Shown one piece after another: positions 8,861 through 17,750 of a stretch of 20,000 nt of DNA. The notes beneath the pieces are model-generated. The model was not told the DNA's origin. It saw nothing but the letters and a program-made list of their open reading frames with translations, and did not search any database. The stretch covers positions 52,183-72,182 of IMG/VR virus record IMGVR_UViG_3300033153_011590. One strand, 5' to 3'. The translations under genes and the position numbers were made by a program. The stretch is from an uncultured virus (IMG/VR IMGVR_UViG_3300033153_011590) (taxonomy: Duplodnaviria; Heunggongvirae; Uroviricota; Caudoviricetes). Position 1 is the stretch's first letter. The number at the start of each line of letters is the position of its first letter.

Positions 8861-9399
8861 TTTACTTTTCTTACTGCTATATATCTAGCTATGGTTGCTA
8901 TTTTCTTTCCAAAAGTACCAAATACATTATATTTACTAGTTTCTGCATTCCAAACAGCACTTCTTATTTGTTCTTCTGTTAATGGTTCAGTAGCTGTTGG
9001 TACATCCACTTCTATTACTTCAACTTGAGGTGGTACATAATTTATGTCAACAGTGTTGCCCGGAGTCAATGGTGTCCTATCAAAACAAGCAATTCCAGAT
9101 TGACCATCATCAGTGATAATTTCACCTGTAATCGTAATTTCATGATACGTTGCATAATCATAGGGTACTATTCTTGTTCCAAGCAAACACTTTACAAGTT
9201 TTGCAGTAAACTTACCCCCACCTTTAGATTCGTAACCTGAAGCACTGAGAAAGAGGTCAAAATTTCTTAATGATTCGTCAGTTCTACGCAGAGTTCTCAT
9301 CTCTTTGTAAATATCCATCGGGTCAATTTCTGTATTAATGGTACTTACATCAAGATATATTCTCCTGTTTAGGCCATCTATATAACCGATTATAGCCAT
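8857..9399 (-). CDS. Hypothetical virion-associated protein
   Basis: 180 aa. Its N-terminal domain resembles the N-terminal part of the 676-aa neighbour (RRTDESLRNFD vs RRVDEELRKFD). C-terminal IRSAVW...GTFGK motif. Confidence 0.6.
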   Translation of the reverse strand: MAIIGYIDGLNRRIYLDVSTINTEIDPMDIYKEMRTLRRTDESLRNFDLFLSASGYESKGGGKFTAKLVKCLLGTRIVPYDYATYHEITITGEIITDDGQSGIACFDRTPLTPGNTVDINYVPPQVEVIEVDVPTATEPLTEEQIRSAVWNAETSKYNVFGTFGKKIATIARYIAVRKVK

Positions 9400-9401
9400 T
9401 C

Positions 9402-11432
9402 TTATACATTGTTTTCAACTAATGGTGTACAAGATGCTGTAATTGATGCAGCATTCGTTAATGTGAAAATTGTTTTAGCTTGAGTAACTCCACCATCTCC
9501 TTCACATAAAAACACACAATCTTTATCTGTTTCAATTGGGCCTCCTATAATGTCAAGATACCAGTCAAATTCAAAGAGAATGTTATTTCCTGTTCTGAAT
9601 CCTGAACCATTCACATTACCTTTTATTTCCACTGAACTTGCATCTTCAACAGTAAGTGCTAATGATGTATTATAATCAGCTCCTGCAGGGCCATCAAGGA
9701 AGAAAGCATGAAACCAAGATAATGTATCACCTACAGCATCAGCTCCGACAGCTACACTAACATTGGAATATGAAGGATATATTTTAGTATTTCCAGCATC
9801 ATCTGTAAAGATAACCCTGTTTTTATCTGTACCTACAAGTTGTTCAATAAACAGTCCTTCTCCTGCTGCTCCTGTACCAACTCTCGGTTGAATTTTACCT
9901 TCGGCAGAATATGTGTACCAAGTACCAACTCTTTTTCCATTTGTAACATTACTAAGATGGTCATTGATATCATCATCTGTCTGAGCAAGAGCATCAAGGA
10001 ATGCAACAACTTGGTCAAGATTACCGGGAACAGTATTGTTAACTACCCATGTAAAAAATCCATTAGCAGTTGTAAATCCTCCTTCTTCTTGTGCAACATC
10101 GAGTTCTTCAAGTCCCATTCCTGTCCAAGGTGATACTTGAGCACCACCATAAACATCAGCAAGAGTATAATTTCCTGTTGTAAGATGAGAAGATTCACCA
10201 AGAGCAAATCCTGAATAGTATCCATCCATTTGTGATACTCCTGAATCTGCAAGAACTTTTTCATCATAGTTGTAAGCAAATGTGCGAATCTTATTTGAAA
10301 GATATGTTCTTACATCAATTCCTGTTACAGTAAGGGCTTCATCAGCATCTCCTGTTTCATCAGTAAGGAGTGTCCACTCTTCAGCTATAATAGTAATTAC
10401 TGTTGTTGTAACAGAAGCAACTGTATAAGTTTCAGTGTTAAGGGTTAATCCCGCAGCTTCAAAACGATGTCCAACTATAAATCCATCTGATTCATAATCT
10501 CCTGCTGACCTTGTAAATGTTCCTGTTTCTTTATCTACATCAATTGTCTGAGCAGCACCAGTAGTTACAGTTGTATCATAAGCATTTACATCTATGTCAT
10601 TATCTCCGTATACTTGGATAGCTTCGTCAATGTCTCCATCTTTTGCAAAATCAACAGGTACTGCTCCATCTTCTAATTGGTAATAAGGTTGAGAAAGTAA
10701 TTCAATATTACCAAGTGATTTTACACCATAGTAAATTCTTCCAATAGCTCCTGCAGTATCTCTTTCAATCCATCCTGATGCTCTGATTTTTACTCTGTCA
10801 TCAGAATCTCCTGCTGAATTAAGTGCAAGTCCACTATCAGTACCATCTGCATCATCATATTTCATCCCACTGATAAGCTCATAAGCACCAGCAAATTTGA
10901 AACTACCTTTAAAGTATCTGTCAAACTTACGTAATTCTTCGTCTACTCTACGTTCCTGATTTTCAAAAGCATACAATCCCTCTTTTTTAATTCCAAGCTG
11001 TTGAGTAAGTGGATTATCTTCAGCAACACTGTCAATTTCTTCATCTCCACCGCCAGTTTCATCTACTAAGCCAGTATTATCAGTTACAGTAATAACAAGA
11101 GCTGTTACTGATTCAATTATAAAAGTATTATTATTACCTCCTTCAGTAAAAACACTTGAAATAAATGACCTGTCAGCTATAAATCCATCATCTAAAAAGC
11201 TTCCAGAGAGTCTTGTGAAAGTACCTGCTGTGGCCACTACATCAATTTGAATTGCTCCAGTTCCTATACCTCCTGATAGGTCTACAGTAGCTAATTCTTC
11301 GGCAGTTATCAGTTCAATGCGTCCATTCGTTGTGTCAAAGAAAATGTTTCCATCAGGAGACCCACTTCTGCTGGCAGTACTTTGAACAAGATGGGTGAAA
11401 TAATTTGTTAGGTCTATCAGTTCTGGTATCAT
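9402..11432 (-). CDS. Large acidic beta-rich putative structural/appendage protein with two ~76-aa internal repeats
   Basis: 676-aa ORF rich in D/E/T/G. Repeats at aa 58-133 and 291-367. Confidence 0.65.
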   Translation of the reverse strand: MIPELIDLTNYFTHLVQSTASRSGSPDGNIFFDTTNGRIELITAEELATVDLSGGIGTGAIQIDVVATAGTFTRLSGSFLDDGFIADRSFISSVFTEGGNNNTFIIESVTALVITVTDNTGLVDETGGGDEEIDSVAEDNPLTQQLGIKKEGLYAFENQERRVDEELRKFDRYFKGSFKFAGAYELISGMKYDDADGTDSGLALNSAGDSDDRVKIRASGWIERDTAGAIGRIYYGVKSLGNIELLSQPYYQLEDGAVPVDFAKDGDIDEAIQVYGDNDIDVNAYDTTVTTGAAQTIDVDKETGTFTRSAGDYESDGFIVGHRFEAAGLTLNTETYTVASVTTTVITIIAEEWTLLTDETGDADEALTVTGIDVRTYLSNKIRTFAYNYDEKVLADSGVSQMDGYYSGFALGESSHLTTGNYTLADVYGGAQVSPWTGMGLEELDVAQEEGGFTTANGFFTWVVNNTVPGNLDQVVAFLDALAQTDDDINDHLSNVTNGKRVGTWYTYSAEGKIQPRVGTGAAGEGLFIEQLVGTDKNRVIFTDDAGNTKIYPSYSNVSVAVGADAVGDTLSWFHAFFLDGPAGADYNTSLALTVEDASSVEIKGNVNGSGFRTGNNILFEFDWYLDIIGGPIETDKDCVFLCEGDGGVTQAKTIFTLTNAASITASCTPLVENNV

Positions 11433-11437
11433 AATAT

Positions 11438-11791
11438 TTAATTTTTAATTGTTAATTCATCCAATTGATTATTCAAATTGTCAAGTTCATTTGCAAGTTC
11501 CAAATTACGTTCTATCATTTTTTTCCTGTCGTTTTGAAAAGTTTTTACTATCTTTTGTAAAGCTACTAATTCTTTTGGAGCTTTCTCCTTTTGAAATTCA
11601 ATACCTTTATTAAACGCAATCAATTCAAATTTTCTTGCAAAATGAACTGCAGCCATAATCTGCTTTTCTGTATATTCCTTTGGAAAGGAATGTAATTCTT
11701 CATTGTCAGTATTGAATATCTTCCAATCCTGTCTATCTCCGTTTGGAGATTGTTGATTTGCATATGCTGTTGCAAGTTCTATTTTTTTCAT
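11438..11791 (-). CDS. Hypothetical protein with C-terminal coiled coil (possible assembly chaperone)
   Basis: 117 aa, helical, with heptads in NLELANELDNLNNQLDEL. TAATG-coupled to the upstream gene. Confidence 0.6.
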   Translation of the reverse strand: MKKIELATAYANQQSPNGDRQDWKIFNTDNEELHSFPKEYTEKQIMAAVHFARKFELIAFNKGIEFQKEKAPKELVALQKIVKTFQNDRKKMIERNLELANELDNLNNQLDELTIKN

Positions 11792-13362
11792 TAGTTATTA
11801 TTATCTGGTGTTAAAACAATGCCTACATCCTGATTGGTTGATACTAATGTAAAGTACTGTATTTCTTCTTCATAATCGTGGTCAGGTTGAGAAATTATTT
11901 GTACTGCAATAGGAATATCTGAAGAATAAGTATAATTATATGTTTGGTTGTCTGCAGTTGCATTTTCCTCTCCATCAAGTTCTACTGAACCATCTAAGCT
12001 TCCTAATGCTGTTACTGAGTAAATTCTCCATTCATAATCTATTATTGATGGACTAACTGTAAATTTGAATGATTTTGGATTACTGAATGTTATAATATCT
12101 CCAGCAGGATTGTATGAATTTGCATTTCCACCACCTGAGATTGTAATTGTTTCTACTGCTCCACTGGTATTATTTACATCATAATTTCCTGCTTCATCAT
12201 CAAAGGTAAAATTATAAAATGTAGGAGTTGTTGAATCAGATGTAGCATCATATTCAACTCCATTGTCACAATTGATAAATGTTAGATTTGATATGTTTGT
12301 ATCATCAGTTGGAAACAATATTGCTCCATCTGTTCCTACATAATTCTTTATAGTATGATTTGTAAAAATTCCTGTTTTTGGTGATATTTGCAGACAGTTG
12401 TTAAATACACATCCATCACTATCTGTAGCAGAACAGCCTTCTGTCAATCCAGCTAAAGTAACAATACATCCATCAAATGTAGTATCAGCATTGATATCTG
12501 ATAAATCAAGATAGAATCTTCCTGCAGAATTTATACTACCACCTGAAATAATCAAGTTATTTATAACTGCTATACATCCTGAACCAGTAGTTTTGAACTC
12601 ATAAAGGGTATCTGATACTTGACCTTCACCGGTAGCTTCTCTTGCAAGAAACTCCAGTTTTTCATCCTCTGAATCAAGTACAGTTGTAGTTGCACCATCT
12701 CCAATAATAATCTTACCTTTTGAAAAGAACGTATTTCCTACTCTTTCAAGAATCCCATACTTATTTGCAAGAAGATAATCATCAGTCCATATATCTTCGA
12801 TATTAAAGTCTGTTCCTGTTGCTGTCAATCCAGTTCCAAATCTTACTACATCATTCCATTGATTATCAATAATGCGAATATTGCCTGAATTTGAAATATC
12901 AACATACCAAGTAATAACATCTATGTCTGAAAGGTCTAATGCTCCACTACTTGTATATACATCTGTTGATGAAGATACATCCAATACAAAACATTTCCAC
13001 TCCCCTCCCCAAGTATCCTTACCTGCTATATGCCATTCTTTATAATTACCTGTGCCATCTGTCAGACGAATCATATAACCTGACGTATTGACAGTTCCTG
13101 TCGTTTTATTCTCCATAAATGAAGCAACAGCATTTTGTGCCCACCAATACAAATGATTGTCAGTTCCTGACATATCAATATTAGTAGTTGGAGTATAAGT
13201 ACAATTAGTACGAGCATTTTTAGATGCTTGCCAAGTATAAGAGGCTGTGTTCTGATAAAATACCTCTGTATCATAGCCTCCTGAGTTTCCACTCCAAGTA
13301 CCAGCATCAGTGGATTCTCCCTGAGCTACTGTTGTAAGATTTGCTGTTACAGAAACGGCCAT
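11791..13362 (-). CDS. Putative receptor-binding/appendage protein (CBM-like domain, beta-helix-like region, Ig-like C-terminus)
   Basis: 523 aa, T/S/D/N-rich. The Trp-rich N-terminus (HLYWW, WHIAG, GEWKCFVLD, LDLSDI) resembles galactose-binding-like folds. The middle has short beta repeats (FDGC, SDGCVFNNC, ISNLTFINC). Confidence 0.55.
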   Translation of the reverse strand: MAVSVTANLTTVAQGESTDAGTWSGNSGGYDTEVFYQNTASYTWQASKNARTNCTYTPTTNIDMSGTDNHLYWWAQNAVASFMENKTTGTVNTSGYMIRLTDGTGNYKEWHIAGKDTWGGEWKCFVLDVSSSTDVYTSSGALDLSDIDVITWYVDISNSGNIRIIDNQWNDVVRFGTGLTATGTDFNIEDIWTDDYLLANKYGILERVGNTFFSKGKIIIGDGATTTVLDSEDEKLEFLAREATGEGQVSDTLYEFKTTGSGCIAVINNLIISGGSINSAGRFYLDLSDINADTTFDGCIVTLAGLTEGCSATDSDGCVFNNCLQISPKTGIFTNHTIKNYVGTDGAILFPTDDTNISNLTFINCDNGVEYDATSDSTTPTFYNFTFDDEAGNYDVNNTSGAVETITISGGGNANSYNPAGDIITFSNPKSFKFTVSPSIIDYEWRIYSVTALGSLDGSVELDGEENATADNQTYNYTYSSDIPIAVQIISQPDHDYEEEIQYFTLVSTNQDVGIVLTPDNNN

Positions 13363-13374
13363 AATTTGTTGATT

Positions 13375-13887
13375 CTATACTGTAAATGTTAATATAATAT
13401 CATTTCTATCTTCAGATTCAATGAATGCAGATAAAGCTGCATCACTAAGTACATAATTTGCTCCTTGCCAAGTAAAAACTTTTCCAGTATGAATAGCACC
13501 AAAATCTACTGTTATAATATCAAGTTCATTTATTTTAGACATTGCTGAGAACTCTATAATTGTAATAATGCCTACTGATAATGTATCAATTCTATCAACA
13601 ACAATACCATCAATAGTTGTAGGATTAAGCGTTCCAAATCCAGCACGCTGATAACCAAAATTACCAGAATCACTACCAACTTCCATTGTTGTAGTTGCAA
13701 TTACTGGTTTTCTTAATTCTTTTTTATTATCGAAAGAAGTCAGTGATTCAAGGCTTAATGCTGTTTTCAACAGAAGATAAGTTTTTTTATTCTTCTTATC
13801 ATAAATAGTAGTTCCTGCTTCACGCATGATTCCGAAGACTGCATTCTCATCTTTGACTGATATGTGATTTAGGATTTTTGGTTGCAT
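13375..13887 (-). CDS. Shared-N-module protein 4 (module plus small beta-rich adhesin-like domain)
   Basis: 170 aa. N-terminus HISVKDENAVFG..REAGTTIYDK..KKTYLL; C-terminal region MEVG..FGYQRAGFGTLNP..IDG. Confidence 0.7.
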   Translation of the reverse strand: MQPKILNHISVKDENAVFGIMREAGTTIYDKKNKKTYLLLKTALSLESLTSFDNKKELRKPVIATTTMEVGSDSGNFGYQRAGFGTLNPTTIDGIVVDRIDTLSVGIITIIEFSAMSKINELDIITVDFGAIHTGKVFTWQGANYVLSDAALSAFIESEDRNDIILTFTV

Positions 13888-13890
13888 AAT

Positions 13891-14406
13891 TTATGGTATT
13901 GATATTATTATATCTATTATATTTCCATTATTTGATGAAAGCCAATTATCTAAATCTTCATCACTTTTTGTATAATACTCTTCTTCCCAAGTTACAAGAA
14001 CAGGATTATTAGAATATCCTTCAAATTCTAAATTTAATGTGTCATTATTATCATATTTTACATTACCAAAAAAAATTAATCTGAATATTTCACTGGCTGA
14101 AGCTAACTGTATAATTACAAGACCTTCAATATTATCTGGGTCTATACTTCCATAATCTCCATCCTTAAATCCCCATGAACTACCTAACTCTTGTCCTACT
14201 GTTAATTCTATTATTATACCAGTTATTTTTACAAGTTCTTTTTTGCTATCAAAAGAAGCTAAACATTCCCAACTTAATGTTACACTCAATAGTAAATAAG
14301 TCTTTTTATCATTTTTATCATATACAGTAGTTCCTGCATCTCTGGGAGTACCAAAAATTTCATGGTCATCTTTTACCGATATATGGTCTAACTTCTTTGG
14401 TTGCAT
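13891..14406 (-). CDS. Shared-N-module protein 3 (full-length paralog of 13375..13887)
   Basis: Start moved from the TTG at 14427 to the ATG at 14406, because MQPKKLDHISVKD aligns with MQPKILNHISVKD. C-terminal region LTVG..WGFKDGDYGSIDP..IEG. Confidence 0.7.
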   Translation of the reverse strand: MQPKKLDHISVKDDHEIFGTPRDAGTTVYDKNDKKTYLLLSVTLSWECLASFDSKKELVKITGIIIELTVGQELGSSWGFKDGDYGSIDPDNIEGLVIIQLASASEIFRLIFFGNVKYDNNDTLNLEFEGYSNNPVLVTWEEEYYTKSDEDLDNWLSSNNGNIIDIIISIP

Positions 14407-14417
14407 AGTTTCAGTTT

Positions 14418-15473
14418 TTACGGACAAGTTCCAGAATTAGTCCAAGTTCCACCTGCAAGAATAGTAGCTTGTTCTCCTGCATCAGGTATAGCAAGAACAG
14501 TAGTTGCATCAAACATACTTCCTGTGTCTCCTCCTGTAGCTGTTGCATCTATTGTTCCATCAATGCATGTAAGAAGCACACAATCTCTGTATATAGAATA
14601 TAGAGTATCACAAGCTGAAAAGTCTAAAGCAGGTGCAGAAGTTAATACAGAACAACCTCTGAATATAGCAGTTGCTGAAGTCAAAGGTGGTATAGTATCC
14701 ATAGTAATGTCTGTTAATAATGCACAATCTCTGAATGTATTTAGCATATTAACAACATTGTCTACATTAGTTAAGGAAATACTTGTGAGAACTGAACACT
14801 CAGTAAAAGTACTTTCAAGTGATAATGCTGCTGAATAATCTAATTCGGGAAATGTTATCATTCCAGTACAACCCTGCCAAGTAGCATAGAACTCTGTAAC
14901 AGCAGAAACATCAATTAGTGGAAATGTTGTTAATCCTGTACAACCAAAAAATCCTTGTATCATACTTGTAATACCTGATGTATCAGCACTGATAGTAAGA
15001 GAAGTAAGTGATGGCATAAAACCACAAATCTGGTCTAATATTGTCATATTTCCCAAATTGCTTATTGTTACAGTATCAACAGTACTAAGTTCATTATAGT
15101 TTAATTTTACTATCGTGGAAGCATTTGTGTGTTTAATAACAATAGCTATTTCTGTCTCTGCTGTTCCACTAATAACATGTTCACCAGCAGCATATTCAAC
15201 ATCATCTACCGTGAAAGGTTGATTGGATTCTATTCCAAATTCTGTTTCTCCTGCTTTTATTTCTATTTGCATTTCGGCAGGAACTCTTATAAAGAATCCT
15301 CTTTTGTCAGAGAATGATGCTAAACATTCCCACTTGTTAGCAGGTTTCAAAAGCGTATAAGCCTTCTCATTTGCTTTGTCATAAATGATAGTGCCAGCTT
15401 CTCGTTCTACACCAAAAACAGCATTTTCATCTCTGACAGCAATATGGTCTACATAATTAACTGGCTTCTTCAT
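14418..15473 (-). CDS. Shared-N-module protein 2 with BspA/DUF285-like leucine-rich repeats
   Basis: 351 aa. About six ~23-aa repeats of the form F.gC..LT......d.s.v (FFGCTGLTTFP, WQGCTGMITFP, FTECSVLTSI, FRDCALLTDI, FRGCSVLTSAP, YRDCVLLTCI). Confidence 0.75.
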   Translation of the reverse strand: MKKPVNYVDHIAVRDENAVFGVEREAGTIIYDKANEKAYTLLKPANKWECLASFSDKRGFFIRVPAEMQIEIKAGETEFGIESNQPFTVDDVEYAAGEHVISGTAETEIAIVIKHTNASTIVKLNYNELSTVDTVTISNLGNMTILDQICGFMPSLTSLTISADTSGITSMIQGFFGCTGLTTFPLIDVSAVTEFYATWQGCTGMITFPELDYSAALSLESTFTECSVLTSISLTNVDNVVNMLNTFRDCALLTDITMDTIPPLTSATAIFRGCSVLTSAPALDFSACDTLYSIYRDCVLLTCIDGTIDATATGGDTGSMFDATTVLAIPDAGEQATILAGGTWTNSGTCP

Positions 15474-15664
15474 TATACTTCAGTTTTAGCTGAAATTGTA
15501 GCCAATGATTTATTGGCTGCAGTATCAGCAGTTAGAAAATACATTTTCTCATTGTCTTCGTCAAAGACAAATGTTCCTGCTTTACGCAGTTTTCCCATAG
15601 GAGTAGTAGCAGTTTTTACTGAAATACTCTGGAGTTTGTTCACTTTCGGTTTTGTAATAGACAT
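15473..15664 (-). CDS. Shared-N-module protein 1 (module only)
   Basis: 63 aa. ISVK...MG..RKAGTFVFDEDNEKMYFL...SLAT aligns with the N-termini of the next three genes. Confidence 0.7.
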   Translation of the reverse strand: MSITKPKVNKLQSISVKTATTPMGKLRKAGTFVFDEDNEKMYFLTADTAANKSLATISAKTEV

Positions 15665-15682
15665 AATTGTAATTTTTGTAGT

Positions 15683-16147
15683 TTATACTATATTTTCGAA
15701 TTTTACATAAGTTATTCCGTCCCAAGGTTCAAGACCATACAAGAATGTCAGTGTTGAAGTTCCACCGTTATCCACTAATGTATATGCAGTCATGTGTATA
15801 CCATTAACAAATATCATACAGTTTGTTTGAGTAAGTCCACCGGGAAGTGTAAATACTGTTTGTCCTTCAACTGCATTTGATTGTCCACCACCATCTAGAA
15901 CTATATCCGGCACTGCGGCTGCTGAACTTGTAATATCAGTCCAATCACCATCATGAATACCACCTTGCAACTGCCAGATGGTATATGGTGAATCAGTATC
16001 ATGGGCAATCATTCCTTCAAATCTATATTGTTCAGGAATATCATCTTTATCTTTGAACAGAAGGTCTACTCCGGTTCCAAAAAACATTTTTTCGTCTGTA
16101 GCCTTCGGAGCTTCTGTGTAAATATTATCTTGTAATTCAATAGACAT
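15683..16147 (-). CDS. Putative fibre protein (two small structural domains)
   Basis: 154 aa. APKATD...IPEQYRFEGM...WQLQGG...W resembles fibre N-terminal anchor domains. AVEGQTVFTL...IFVNGI..YT..LTF..L resembles a common tail/baseplate beta module. Confidence 0.55.
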   Translation of the reverse strand: MSIELQDNIYTEAPKATDEKMFFGTGVDLLFKDKDDIPEQYRFEGMIAHDTDSPYTIWQLQGGIHDGDWTDITSSAAAVPDIVLDGGGQSNAVEGQTVFTLPGGLTQTNCMIFVNGIHMTAYTLVDNGGTSTLTFLYGLEPWDGITYVKFENIV

Positions 16148-16158
16148 TGTTTCAAGTT

Positions 16159-17676
16159 TTAAGGGTTAGATAATCTAATTTCTTCACTTACTTCGGATGG
16201 ATAACTGTATATATATACTGCGTACCAAGTACCATCCACAACTGTCCAATTTATATCTGTCAATATAAATTCCGTACTTCCAATCATCATTCCAATGTCA
16301 CCTGCATTCAAAGCAGAACCACCAACTTCCCAAGATATATACTGAATTGCTTCTGGTGTTGGTACTGCTACCCAACCATATTCTGTAATTGCTGTATTAG
16401 GAGTAAAGAGAACTTCATTCTTCAGATTACCACTGATAATTTTTGTACCATTTTTAATTTCTGTTTCATTTGGTAATGTTCCAGTAATATTTTTACCCCA
16501 ATAAGCAGGATATATCCATTGAGTAGTTATGTCAATTGTATTTACATTGTCTCCTCTTAAACGCCAACTTACAGAACCTTTATTGGCAAGATTATATGTT
16601 TCAGCACCACAATTATATGATGTTCCTGTTACGGAGACATCAACAATCTGACTAACATTATCTGTAAGAATAAGATTTTCAGGAGTACCAGTTATTTCCC
16701 ATTGAAAGATAGAAGGTAATACGTCTGTTCCTATTTCTACAAATTCTACATAGTCAAGATATGTTAAATTATCTATTGTTGCCACTCCGGGTGGAGGTGG
16801 CGGAGGTGTTACTTCTTCCGCAGTTATACAAAGTCCAATAGGATTTTGAAGATAGCAAAGTCTGAAGCTGTTATATATTTCGTTAAAATTCAGTCCAAGC
16901 TTAATAAAGCATTCTTTTAGTTCTGAAGGGTTGAATAATTCTACTACTGCAGCAACTTCATCTTCACATGTACTTCCACTTTCATCCGGCCCATCAACTC
17001 CTGAACCATCACCTCCTCCTCCCGGAGTACCACCAGAACCAGCAAGACAACTTGCCATATCTAGTTCCATTACGTAAATCATTACATAGTAGTATGCTGT
17101 ATAAAGTCTTAACAGATACATAGAATCAGGGGTATATCCACCAACTGTTACACTTTCATATAGTGATTTGAGGAGAGCTTCCAACTTGTAGTAGTTTTCT
17201 CCTAGTGTTGTTACAAAGCAACACGAATATTTTCTCAAGAAACTTGGCGACATAAGTAAGTCACGATAGAGATTTGCAGAGTTGTAAACCATCTCAAGGA
17301 AATTTACATCTTGTTGTACTGCATTCATAGATGTAGTTGAACAAACTGTAGGATTGTTTCCAATACCGGGACAGTTACAAATAGCATCTTTGAAAGTTCT
17401 AATGATGTCAGCCTTTAAGTCAGGATAACATCTTAAGTCGTATACAGCAGTTGCTGTACCATTACCATCAGGATAACGTATTACAAGTTCATATTGACCT
17501 TCTGCAGGCAATGTAATAGTTAGTAAAGTCAGAGGGCTTATAAAGTCGTATTCAATTGATGTAGTCACATCATCAACAACTGAACTAAGAGAATAAGCGA
17601 TAATACTTGCTTTGCTCTCTATATAATATATGTAGTCTTTACCCCAAAAGTCATAGTATGTCTTTTCTATTTTCAT
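16159..17676 (-). CDS. Putative tail hub / fibre-attachment structural protein
   Basis: 505 aa with a Cys-rich helical N-terminal half, a Gly-rich linker, PPPPPP, and an Ig-like/beta C-terminal half (IYPAYWG, YGWVAVP, YAVY). It follows the auxiliary capsid gene, where crAss hub genes lie. Confidence 0.45.
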   Translation of the reverse strand: MKIEKTYYDFWGKDYIYYIESKASIIAYSLSSVVDDVTTSIEYDFISPLTLLTITLPAEGQYELVIRYPDGNGTATAVYDLRCYPDLKADIIRTFKDAICNCPGIGNNPTVCSTTSMNAVQQDVNFLEMVYNSANLYRDLLMSPSFLRKYSCCFVTTLGENYYKLEALLKSLYESVTVGGYTPDSMYLLRLYTAYYYVMIYVMELDMASCLAGSGGTPGGGGDGSGVDGPDESGSTCEDEVAAVVELFNPSELKECFIKLGLNFNEIYNSFRLCYLQNPIGLCITAEEVTPPPPPPGVATIDNLTYLDYVEFVEIGTDVLPSIFQWEITGTPENLILTDNVSQIVDVSVTGTSYNCGAETYNLANKGSVSWRLRGDNVNTIDITTQWIYPAYWGKNITGTLPNETEIKNGTKIISGNLKNEVLFTPNTAITEYGWVAVPTPEAIQYISWEVGGSALNAGDIGMMIGSTEFILTDINWTVVDGTWYAVYIYSYPSEVSEEIRLSNP

Positions 17677-17688
17677 ACATCAAATTTT

Positions 17689-17723
17689 AAAAAAGGGGAG
17701 TAGGGAATAGTCCCAACCCCCCT
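17689..17723 (-). terminator. Rho-independent terminator
   Basis: The minus strand reads AGGGGGGTTGGGA-CTAT-TCCCTACTCCCCT followed by TTTTT: a 13-position stem with one G:U pair and one U/U mismatch, about 27 nt after the stop of the 400-aa gene. Confidence 0.85.
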
Positions 17724-17750
17724 CGAAGATAAGTAAGCGAAAAAAGAGTA

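Noticed and set aside
13375..15664. Shufflon/invertase or DGR explanation for the paralog array
   Set aside because: All copies are in the same orientation with their own start codons. No recombinase, reverse transcriptase, inverted crossover sites or adenine-specific repeat pair is seen in the window.
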